From Rhina ancylostomus (lineage: Eukaryota): a DNA stretch of 64,000 nucleotides. Shown one piece after another: positions 53,300-64,000 of this stretch (the first letter of the stretch is position 1; every line of letters begins with the position of its first letter). A program made the position numbers and the translations under genes. A model generated the notes under the pieces. It searched no databases and was not told where the DNA came from. It was given only the letters and a program-made list of their open reading frames with translations. Location of the stretch: assembly GCA_030265395.1 (NCBI GenBank), contig JARFYF010000059.1, positions 20,140,476-20,204,475 of the forward strand, read 5' to 3'.

Positions 53300-53880
53300 A
53301 CCTATGAAAAAGTTTTTTTTTACACTAGCATCCACAGCCTTTGGGGACAGAGCTTCAGATTTCCATTATCCTTTGTGTGAAAAACTGTTTCCTGATTTCA
53401 CTCCTGAAAAGCCAGGCTCTAATTTTAAGATTATGCCCCTTGTACTGAATGCTCCCTAAAGAGGAAATAGTTTCTCAGTATCTAGCCTATTGGATCGCTT
53501 TATCATTTTAAACATCTTGATTAGATCAACTTTCAACCTTCCAAACTCAAGGGAATACAAGCAAGGTTGATGAATGCTGTCTTTTTAACTTAACCCTTTA
53601 GACTCTGGAATCATTCTGGTTAACCTGCGCCGTACCTCCTTTGAGGGCAATATATCCTTCTCGAGGTTCATGAACCAAAAATGAGTGTCTGAGTAATAGA
53701 ACAGCTCCACATATAGTCCATCTCTCTTCAGGAAGCAGACAATATTCCACATGCCTTTTTGATTACATGCATTGTGCAATAACTTGACACCTGTACCTGG
53801 ACTAAGTTCCTCTTCTTCTACACAGCACATAGTCTCAAATCATTTAGGAAATATTCTCTCCCCGATTTTCCCTATTCTCT
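53300..53880 (-). mobile_element. Old CR1 3' portion
   Basis: Minus-strand peptide LEKDILPSKEVRRRLTRMIPESKGLS; nucleotide motifs ctaattttaagattatgcccct and gaggaaatagtttc. Confidence 0.75.
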
Positions 53881-54488
53881 GGAACTGCCCGAACTACCAT
53901 TTTCACCTTTAAAAGCATCCTGAAACTCCAGCTCCCTCTGGGCAGCCTTTGATCACTCGCTGAACTGTTTCCCAAGGGACCAGTGTCTGTCCTCTTCCTC
54001 CTTTATGTTGGACTGGTTTACGCCCTTTGCTAAAATCTCATTTAAGAGCGAACTGTTAATTTAAATCAATAATTATTTGATTTGAAATATCATTAACAAG
54101 CTTTCCTTGTTTCTGCTTCAGTGTGCCTCACGTAAGCATGTCACTTCTACTTGTCCATACCAAGCATAAATAGTTGATCCAAGTAAATCAATTGGTTTTG
54201 ACAAATACAGACCCAGAAATTGCTTATGCAGATTGCGCAGTAATGACAGGAATGAAACCCATTAACTGAAAGCTCTTTATTTCTCCCTGGGTACACCAGA
54301 CCCCTCATCTAACAACGAAGGTAAAAGGACAAAACAGCAGGAGCAAGGAGCTCTCTATGGTAATTGCACCTTGTTATATCCTAGTGGCAGAGCACAAGTT
54401 CTGCACCTGCTTTCATTGTTATTCGGAGGCCTGCGGTCCTGGCAGAATGGCCACTACCCAGCTTGGGCAGTCAGCCAGTGCTAACAGC

Positions 54489-54775
54489 AGAATCAGGTTT
54501 ATTATCACTGACTTACATGATGTGAAATCTGTTGTTTAGCAGCATCAGTACAGTGCAAAGACATGAAATTGCTATAAATCACTAAATAAATAAATAAATA
54601 AATAGATGGACAGATAAATAAGCAGTGCCCAAAAGAAAGGGAATAACGAAGTAGTGTTCATGNNNNNNNNNNNNNNNNNNNNNNNNNNNNNNNNNNNNNN
54701 NNNNNCTTCGGGCTCCTGTACCTCCTCCCTGATGGTAGAGATGAGAAGGGGGCATGTCCCAGGTGGTGAGGGGCC
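54489..54775 (-). mobile_element. Rex1/Babar-like LINE 3' end with a (TAAA)n tract
   Basis: Minus strand ctaccatcagggaggaggtacaggagc encodes LPSGRRYRS, the typical Rex1/Babar ORF C-terminal motif; 3' UTR ends ...gataataaacctgattct. Confidence 0.75.
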
Positions 54776-56250
54776 TTACCAGCAGGGAGAATCTAATTAT
54801 TGTTTGGAATACAAAAAAGTGCATTAAAATTGATGGGCAGGACATTTTGCCATTAATGAACTCCCCTTCATTGCCATCTCACTAAGGTCTTCAAAATCAT
54901 GAGTATAAGTAGTTCCCAAGGTACATACCATGGAGCCTAAATATAAACTTTTAAGTTCATATTCTGATTAATTGCCATGTGCTTAATTGAGCTTAATCTG
55001 ATTTAAGATTTTTCCATCAATGTGGCAACAGGACTCAGAAAACCCCTTTCCCTTCCCCTATGATATTCAACAGGCAAATTACAAAACTATTAGCATCAGT
55101 AATGCCAGTTAGGGTCTCTCACACGGCATGTGGCCCAGAGGATGTAGTTTGCTCAACCCCCCCCCCGCCCAGTTTATTTCTTCTGCCTCCAGAAATGCAC
55201 CAGAATGTGCTTGAGCCCATGTGTATTTTTCACTGTAATGCCTTTNNNNTGCCTTTCCCTAATGAATTGTTCAACAGATCTATTTCCTTTGGATAAAAAG
55301 TTCCTCCCAACTTTCCCCCTTGTTTCCAATTTCCTACTTTGCATCACACCAACCGATAGAACAGGGCAAGTTACAAAATCGGTTCTGCTCACGTCAGGCG
55401 ATAGGAAGTGCTGGTGAAACAAGCTGATTTTATCTGCAGCAAGGCAGGAAGTTGGTTTAGGCATTATCTGTGTCTGAATGATCTACCGTGAGATGTTCAA
55501 TGCCAGGAGTTTAATAACCGTGAAAGAGTTAATATAGACGACACTTATAAGACGCAAATACATGTCACACATCTGTGGTTTCAGTGTGGATAGAGATGGA
55601 GGATCCATGTGCACTGCTGTCCCTGGGGCAGTGCATGTTTCACAGGTTGTTGCTTTTCTATGAGTTACTTGCCTCTCAACAGCTGGTGCCTCCCTTATTC
55701 TCCATTTCTGCAATCAAAACTGGATGTGGAAGATTTCCATTGGTCAGGTCCAGTAGGTGTATGTGCGGCTGGATTAGAAATACTCTCAGGCTATCTTATT
55801 CAAGGATAGCACCACAAGTATTTCTGTTCATCTCTTCACATGACATCTATATACACACATCTTTCAACTTGATAGTAATCATGAACAAAAGTATGGGGAA
55901 GCTTTAATCTGCCTCACCATCCCTTCCCTCCCAGCCAATTGCACCTGCCCCACTGTGGCAGTGGCTGAGGTAAAGTGCAAGAATTAGGTCAGGCCCTTGA
56001 ATGGTCTGAATGACACGATACTACTGCAGGGATCCAGTCTGCTTCAGGAAAGAAACCATCCAGCAAGCTGCCAATTACCCTCTTATTGATTGAATAGACA
56101 GGATTTTTTTGATGATTTAGGGAAAATAATCTTTTGTCTTTTCCTCTCAGCCTTTTTATATCTAAGTCATATTGCATTTTCAGCAGGATTTTCCTGAAAC
56201 TTTCCAGCTCTTACAGTTTTCATAGACTCACTTTTCCAAGTCTAAGTTTT

Positions 56251-57269
56251 CATGACACACAGGTTGGCGGTGTTGTGGATAGTGTAGAAGGTTGTCAAGG
56301 GTTACAACGGGACATTGATAGGATGCAAAACTGGGTTGAGAAGTGGCAGATGGAATTCAACCCAGAAAAGTGTGAAGTGATTCACTTTGGAAGGTCAAAT
56401 TTGAGGCAGAATACAGGGTTAATGACAGGATTCTTAGCAGTGTGGAGGAACAGAGGAATCTTGGGGTCCAAGTCCATAGATCCCTCAAAGCTGCCATGCA
56501 ACTTGATAGGGTTGTTAAGAAGGCATATGGTGTGTTGGCCTCATTAGTCGAGGGATTGAGTTCAAGAGCCACGAGGTAACGTTGCAGCTTTATAAAACCC
56601 TGGTTCGACCACACTTAGAATGTTGTGTTCAGTTCTAGTCGCCTCACTATAGGAAGCTTTAGAGAAGGTGCAGAGGAGATCTACCAGGATGNNNNNNNNN
56701 NNNNNNNNNNNNNNNNNNNNNNNNNNNNNNNNNNNNNNNNNNNNNNNNNNNNNNNNNNNNNNNNNNNNNNNNNNNNNNNNNNNNNNNNNNNTAGAATGTT
56801 GGGTTCAGGTCGAGTCGCCTCACTATAGGAAGCTTTAGAGAAGGTGCAGAGGAGATCTACCAGGATGCCTCCTGAATTGGAGACCATGTCTTATGAGGTT
56901 AGGTTGAGTAAGCTAGGGCTTTTCTCTTTGGAGCGAAGGAGGGTGAGAGGTGACCTGATAGAAGTGTACAAGATGATAAAAGGCATAGATTGAGTGGACA
57001 GTCAGAGACTTTTTCCCAGGTGGAAATGGCTAACACGTGGAGGCATAATTTTAAGGTGATTGGAGGAAAGTACAGGAGGGATATTGGAGGTAAGTTTTTT
57101 TACACAGGGAATGGTGGGACATTTAAGAGACCCTTAGATAAGCACGTGGATGATAGAGAAATGGAGGGGTATGTAGGAGGGAATGGTTAGATTGATCTTA
57201 GAGTAGGTTAATAGGCCGGCACAACATTGTGGGCCGAAGAGCCTGTACTGTGCTGTAATGTTCTATGTT
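56251..57269 (+). mobile_element. CR1 3' portion, relatively young
   Basis: Peptide DTQVGGVVDSVEGCQGLQRDIDRMQNWVEKWQMEFNPEKCEVIHFGRSN; tail gtgctgtaatgttctatgtt. Confidence 0.93.
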
Positions 57270-58029
57270 TAATACAAAATACTGCAATTTGCCCAACACA
57301 TTTAATATGCTAGCACAGATCAAATGTAATGGAATAGGGCACAATGATTTACAGACTGGCTGTAGAAATGGGACAGGTTACACAGAACAAAACCTGGTAT
57401 TAGTTGTGACAGAAATTGATAGAATTTCAACCCTGTGATTATCAGAATATAGAAGATTAACTGTACTGCCAAAATCCTTTTCTTTAATCCTATACAGATC
57501 CTATTTTGTGTTGTCCTGTTTACAGTTCACCGAAGCGATGGGTTAGCTTGACATGTTCCAGACAGAGCTCTTACATAATCAGGCTGTTGGGCATGTTGTT
57601 CTGATGGTGGGTGAAGGCACAAAAACAAGCACTGGGTAGCTTCCTGCACTTCTGCTGTTTGGCTCTGACACTCATTGTCGTGACAGTGACGAGTATTACA
57701 TTCTCTCTCTTTCTACCACCTCCCTTCTTACCCCCAAATAATCCTTCTTTTGCCCTTCTGCTCCTTAAGATGGGGACTCGCCCAAAACTCCATTCTTATG
57801 CGAGTCTAAATTAAGCAGTGAGGAGAATCATAAAATTATAGAATTATTATGGCAGAGTTTGAGGCTATTCACCCTATCAAGTAAATACCAACTTTTGAGT
57901 AGAGCAATCCCAGTACGAAAGGGGAAGAAAATGAAAAAGAACTTTCTTTTATGTTGTGCATTCTATGACCCTGAGCTGCCCCAACGTGTATTAAAGCTCT
58001 GCACTATACCACTGAAGTACAGTCATTTT

Positions 58030-58618
58030 TTAGAGGAAAGGGTGCAGAGGAGATTTACCAGAGTGCTGCCTGGTTTAGAGAGTGTGCGTTATGAGGAGAG
58101 ACTAAGGGAGCTAGGGCTTTACTCTTTGGAGAGAAGGAGGATGAGAGGAGACATGATAGAGGTATNNNNNNNNNNNNNNNNNNNNNNNNNNNNNNNNNNN
58201 NNNNNNNNNNNNNNNNNNNNNNNNNNNNNNNNNNNNNNNNNNNNNNNNNNNNNNNNNNNNNNNNNAAATATTAAGAGGAATAGATAGAGTGGACAGCCAG
58301 CACCTCTTTCCCAGGGCACCAATGCTCAATACAAGAGGGCACAGTTTAAAGTAATGGGTGGGAAGTTCAAGGGAGATATCAGAGGGAGGTTTTTTATCCA
58401 GAGAGTGATTGGGGCATGGAATGTGCTGCTGGTGGTGGAGGCAGGTACGTTGGTCAAATTCAAGAGATTGCTGGATAAGCATATGGAGGAATTTAAAATA
58501 GAGGGATATGTGGGAGGAAGGGGTGAGATAGTCTTAGGCGAGGTTTAAAGGTTGGCACAACATGGTGGGCCGAAGGGCCTGTATTGTGTTGTACTGTTCT
58601 ATGATTCTATGGTTCTAT
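58030..58618 (+). mobile_element. CR1 3' end
   Basis: Peptide [43 protein letters not shown]; tail ttctatgattctatggttctatg. Confidence 0.93.
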
Positions 58619-60334
58619 GAAATATGGGGACTTATTTCTGGACGTCAGATTCCCACAAACATCATTGTGATGATTTTAATGATGTAGGTTAAGGGAGAAA
58701 TAAGGGGGAGATCTTTCCTTCTCTTCCTCACAATGGGGTAATGGGTCCTTTAACATCAATCTGATAGGGCAAGCTCAGTCTCAGTTTAATTCTTCATTTT
58801 TTTAACTGTGTAGAATTCCATCTCTACAGCATAGGAGTGTCAGGCCGAATTTTGTGATCGGGTCCCTGTAATGGTTGGTGAACATATAACCGTGGAGGCA
58901 ATATTTTTACCACTGAGCCAGGATTGATAGACTTGACAGTCAGCATGTTCATAATGGTTGTACATACATTCCCAAAACTGAATCTTTAGATACTGACCAG
59001 GAGTCGAAACCTCAATAATTCCTGCCACAATTTCTCCCCACCCCAATCTATGAACACTGAGTTCAATTTCAATAACACCCGTCCCCTTCCTGTTACGATC
59101 ATTGAATTTACCACTGAGCAGGGATCAAAGCTAGTACCTGCTGGTGTTCATCTGTCCATTCTATTTTACGTGAAGCACTTACCCATGATGAGTCCATCTG
59201 CATGATTCAACATGGTTCATAAGTGCACCATTGACTGATGAATAACCCTAAGTGACATCTACCTCTTTCTCATATTTTATGTTCATTTTAACAACATTTT
59301 CTGTTAGTGAAGTCTGTATTGCTTTAGAGCTTGAGGCTGAATTCTTTGCTTGGTCCACTACGTAGGTGCTCTGAAAGTCAACAGGCAGCTTTGCTGGAAA
59401 CCGTTGAAATGCATCTGCGTAGACTTTACAGACTAGTTCAGGCCTTCCTTTAATTACTTCTTCAACTTCTCCTTTATCATGAATACCTTTAGTTTCTCAC
59501 TGTATTTCCGCCCAAGCTTTTACTAACTGGCCTTTCTCACGAGATCATCACAGTGGTGCCACTAAACAGCACATCCCACAATCAAATGATATATATAGCC
59601 ATAAAATGAGCATTTTGAAAGCCATGTGGGGAATTCTTAAAACCAAATGGATGAAAGCATAAATTCTGCATGATTTATTGCCTGCACGGTTTTATTGACA
59701 GAAAGGAAAACTTTTTTCAAGAAGGGCTTTGGGGATTTTTTTGTGAGTTTCATTGGTTAAAACTGAAAAATTCACACCCTAACTATTTCCCTAATGCTTA
59801 CAGGAACAAACAGAGCAGGTGGAAGCAATAAAGAATAATAAGAGAAAAATGATTTGATTAGTTTGACAAAATAATGAACAATGGGGAGTAAATTGCACAA
59901 TTAATGCAATGGAGAAATGAGGTCATGAATGTCAGCTTAGGTTTGAGATTGAAGGAGAGTTTTGCTTTCATACCCATCTGTTCTAACAAAAAAATTAAAA
60001 GCTATTTTAATATATATAAATAATTCTGCATCCATTGTATCATGATTATTATACACCTGCAGCATTAGACACCAAATGTGATCTTAAGGAGAATTGGGCA
60101 GAGGATAACCAGACTAAATAAAGGTGGTGTGGGACATTTATTTGGATATGTGTATGTGAGCCAGAGCTTACTGACAGAATGTGGTTTAGCATTTCCCTAA
60201 CGGCCTAGAGTAGGAGTGTGCAACCTTCATTCCCCTACACTTCATCCAGTCTCTACCTGACATCTACAGGCAGACATTTTCTGGTTAGATCAGTGGGCAG
60301 GAATTGGTACAGGAAACATGCCTGATTTTACTCT

Positions 60335-60621
60335 TGTCATGGTTCTGAGTACTGGCCCTGATTTGGCTCCCTAGATGCCTTGTTGTACAGCACATGGATT
60401 CCATGCTGGACTGATTGTATAATGACACACACCTGAGCCCCATCAGGGNNNNNNNNNNNNNNNNNNNNNNNNNNNNNNNNNNNNNNNNNNNNNNNNNNNN
60501 NNNNNNNNNNNNNNNNNNNNNNNNNNNNNNNNNNNNNNNNNNNNNNNNGCATGGAATCCATGTGCTGTACAACAAGGCATCTAAGGAGCCAAATCAAGGG
60601 CCAGTACTCAGAACCATGACA
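60335..60621. mobile_element. Palindromic member of the TGTCA/TGACA family with 5-bp TSD ACTCT
   Basis: The left arm TGTCATGGTTCTGAGTACTGGCCC...GGATTCCATGC is the reverse complement of the right arm 60549-60621. ACTCT at 60330-60334 and 60622-60626; central gap. Confidence 0.85.
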
Positions 60622-62779
60622 ACTCTTGCATATCCCAAGCCAACTGCAGGAAACTGTATCTTTGTTTCAAATGGCGTAGCATCTAGCATCATATTTTCCA
60701 TCCTTACCTATTCAGTTATAGCCAGATCCTTTCAAATGATGGCCTCTTTTCTCAGTCCTGAACTGTTACCATGGAATCCCTCAAGGATCTGCCTTTGGCC
60801 CTCTCCATTTCCCCAATCTAAGTGCACCTCTTTGCAATATCTTTTGCAGATGTTGGCTCAGCTCTGCACATATACAGTGATGATTGCTGTCTCTCCTTCA
60901 CTTCTCTTGACCCCTCCAAAACCTTTATGTTGTCAGACTGTTTATTTAACATCTGGTGTTGTATGAACTGCAATCTTCTCTGGTTAAACATTGGGATGAC
61001 TGAAACCATAGTCTCTGGGCAAAGGCAAAGCCAGTCAACTAATTATCCAACGGTTTCCACTGTAAAGTGCTGCCAGGGCACCAGCTCAGGACAAAATCAA
61101 GCCTGGCTCAAAAGCTGTTCATTATGCAGAGTCCAAGCACATGTTAAGAATGATTACTTGATGCATTTAGGAGTAGAAAGTGTGGAGAATGCTTGGGGTT
61201 GGCAGAACAACATTGCTAACTAGGAAAAGGTATAACACAAAACCTGTTTCTAGCCTGGTCTTTATCAGTACACATTGGATAATCTGTACTGTCAAATGAC
61301 TCATTAGGAGACATTTTACAAAAATAAAATTTGTGCAGATCACACTGTGCTTATCTACAGTTGCTTCTGTTTTGTCCAGTTTCCCCAGAAAGGAGAAGTT
61401 AGACTGACATGTTCCAGACAGAGCAGTTCTAGAATTCGATGGCATGTCAAGCTGCCATTGTGTGTAAAAAAAAGGGAAAACAATATTAATTCTGGGTATT
61501 TTTCCTGGGTTATGGGTTCTTTTCAGCTCTATATGTTTCTAAGGTTGTCATTCCTTTCTCTAGTTGCCATGATGCATTCTTTTCATGCAACATAGTTTAA
61601 ACAGTATTTGTAAAGTAAATTATATTTATATTTTATTTTAGCAGAGATGATTGTGTTTATTCTGGCTGCTTTAATTCTACCCATTTCAGTGTAGTGTTTT
61701 AACACAATTAGTTTCTATTGGTGAAATTTTGGTTGTTAACTGTACTTTTGCATTGTTTTCTGCTGTGACTAAACCACAGCTGTAGAACATTACCACCCAA
61801 GTAGAAAATCACCAATTAAACCAATAATTAAGGGGCGGAATAAAGTAAAATAAGCCCAGTAGCTATTTGACGTCACTGTATTTGTGCACATAACATGTGT
61901 CATTAACCCTTAAACCTCTCAGAACTCCAGGGAATTTCAGGCTTCCTTGCAGGCTACTTTTACAACTCAAATACCAAAACAGACACTAATATTACAAGTT
62001 ATCCCCCAATATATGCATATCATTACCATGTAAGCAACCCTATTTCAGGTAGTGTGAAACTCCCTCAGATCCCATCTTGGTTGAGTTGCGATCTGCTGGC
62101 AACACAGCAGGAAGTTGAACTTCGGAGCTTTAGAGCAGTATCACATAGTTCAGGATTGCCTCTACCAGTCAGCCCTCTGGAGATTCAGGCTTTACTGGGC
62201 AGAACTAGAAGTCATCTTCCTCTGGCTGAAGAATCTGCAGGTAGACATCGTCATCTTAGGTCAAGGGGATGGCTATTTACAAATGAGATAAGAGGAAATT
62301 TCTTCATGCAGAGGGCTGTGGATACTTAGAATTCTTGACCCCAGTTCATTCAAGACTAGGATCAATACATTTTTGGACACTGAGAGGATCATGGGATTTA
62401 GCAGAATAGCAGTGTATGCCTAAGGAATTATATTGCCCACTCCTGCTCAACCAGCTTATGTTGGCAAATAATGTCAGATACATATCCATCTCAACCTTTG
62501 ACGGGATTTTATGTAAAAATAAATCAGTTACCTTAGCAGCGTCATAGTTGGCCTGGTCCTTCCCCAGTGGATAACAGCAACTTTGCCATTTAAAGAAAGG
62601 TTTGCCATCTGTCCTTTTTTTAACAAAAACCCTCCACATTACTCTTTATATCACAATGCAGTAATGTGCTGATCCATTATGATTGACTCTTGTTTCCTGT
62701 TGAGGCAGAAGTCCCTTGAGTATATCTTTATCTCAAATCAGCAGTAAGCTCTGAATCCTGGTGAACACGATAGTTTCTC

Positions 62780-64000
62780 TGTAGAATGCAGTTAGAGTCG
62801 TCTATGGCATGATGGGTAACTCAGCTGTACCAGGAAGACGAGGTGGAATGTCATGAAGGCAAAAGTTATAGAGAACTTAATAATTATGGGATCAGACAGA
62901 CGTTTCTGCAGCACAGTCATGATTTGAAGCATGTTGTCTCCCTGGTGTCAGGCAACTGCAGACCGTTCTGAGTGGTGAGGGAAGTTATGGTCCATATGGT
63001 GCCATTGACATAGCTAGAAAGATTGATGGGGTCCTGCAGGCAAATCTTTAAGACCCAGAAAGAGATTAAGATGTAGTTATTATTAGGTACCATGCATTAA
63101 TGAGTACAGAAATAGGAGACTGGTGCAGATTGAATGCATGGTTGAAAAGACGTGACTGCACACAAGATTCCAAGGGTTTGGAATGGTTGTGGGAAAGGAG
63201 AAACCTGCATAAAATAGATAGGTTAACAGTGCCAGGATCAGTATCCTCACAACCAGGGGGCCTAGTGCTAGGAGATGTTGGAAGAGGACAGGGAGAGTTT
63301 AATTAGGCAGTGGTGCAGCAAGAGGGAAGGGTGAAAGGAGAAACAAGGTGCACAAAGGATATGGAGAGCTTCAAAGGGATGGATAGCATTAAAGTAAGAA
63401 GCAGTAGAGCATTCATTAGATTAAGAAGGGATACCATAAGGTTCAAGATAATTTAACAGTACACGTACATGATAAACATGACGAATAACGTTAGTGAACT
63501 GTAAGCTCAAATGGTCACAAGGGAAAATGATGTTATGACAGTAAAGAAGACTTGGCTCAAAAGAGTGGCATTGGTCACTAAATATTGCAGGAAGCAAGTT
63601 GTTCAGTAAAAAATGAAGGAAGACAGTATTGATAATGGAGAATATTACAATGCTGGATAGAGAGGATGTTCCTTGTGGACCAAGAACTGAATCCTTGGGT
63701 TAAGAAATGGTGGAGGTGCCATTACTCTTTCAGGAGCATACTGTTGGCCACTAACTAATGAAAAGGGTGTGAAGGAAAACATTTGCAGGATAGTTATAGA
63801 GAAGTGCAAGAACAACCGAGAAGTGAAATTGGGAGATTTCAAGTATCTTAATATAAACCAGTTTAACAAGAGTGAAAGGACAATGAAGGAGGATGGATTC
63901 CTAATGGAAGAAGCCACAAAAACCCTTCCATAAATATTAAAGAACAAAGAATCAAATGAGATTGTGGAACTGATGGAAATTTGTAACAGCATTGTACTGG
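62780..64000 (+). mobile_element. Degraded CR1 5' region (ORF1 esterase-like remnant and start of ORF2 endonuclease)
   Basis: Remnants gggatcagacagacgtttctgc, tgttgtctccctggtgtcagg and ggtccatatggtgccattgacatag resemble CR1 ORF1 motifs GTDRRFC, CCLPGARV and VHIGTNDI. gaagacttggctc and gggagatttcaag resemble endonuclease motifs ETWL and GDFN. Confidence 0.65.

Noticed and set aside
56616-56868. Duplicated CR1 segment flanking a 100-N gap
   Set aside because: Near-identical overlap across a gap; likely an assembly artefact.
60415-60966. 183-aa ORF
   Set aside because: Inflated by Ns and made of repeat sequence.
57549-61423. 20-bp match tgacatgttccagacagagc at about 57549 and 61404
   Set aside because: Too short to interpret; only an imperfect p53-like half-site and probably a remnant of an old repeat.
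33959-64000. Searched for MORN1 C-terminal exons (CQRVEQGCAEF..LGPPP and GEYVLMI.DVT.PPFLG motifs)
   Set aside because: Not found by eye; they probably lie beyond the window or in gaps, so truncation of the gene is not claimed.

Overview
Repeat-rich eukaryotic (vertebrate) genomic DNA with many N gaps. The repeat content (HE1/V-SINE-like and Deu-SINE-like elements, abundant CR1-type LINEs) suggests a shark or ray; this is inference. The only recognisable host gene is MORN1 on the + strand. Nine coding exons, equivalent to exons 2-10 (numbering from my recollection of the human gene), were reconstructed with GT-AG boundaries and consistent phases. Exon 1 and the C-terminal exons were not found. 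The rest is intron, filled with CR1, Rex1/Babar-like, Tx1/L1-like and older LINE fragments, SINEs, a decayed Harbinger transposase, short TSD-flanked elements and candidate conserved non-coding blocks. The most unusual structure is at 27.1-27.6 kb. There exon 8 has no acceptor of its own and is preceded directly by a diverged, intronless copy of exon 7. That copy is joined head-to-head to an antisense CR1 fragment, and a strong orphan splice acceptor lies just upstream. This looks like the gene's own spliced mRNA reverse-transcribed back into its own locus. No prokaryotic features, CRISPR arrays or rRNA/tRNA genes were seen. All homology calls come from reading the sequence, not from database searches, and repeat boundaries are approximate.
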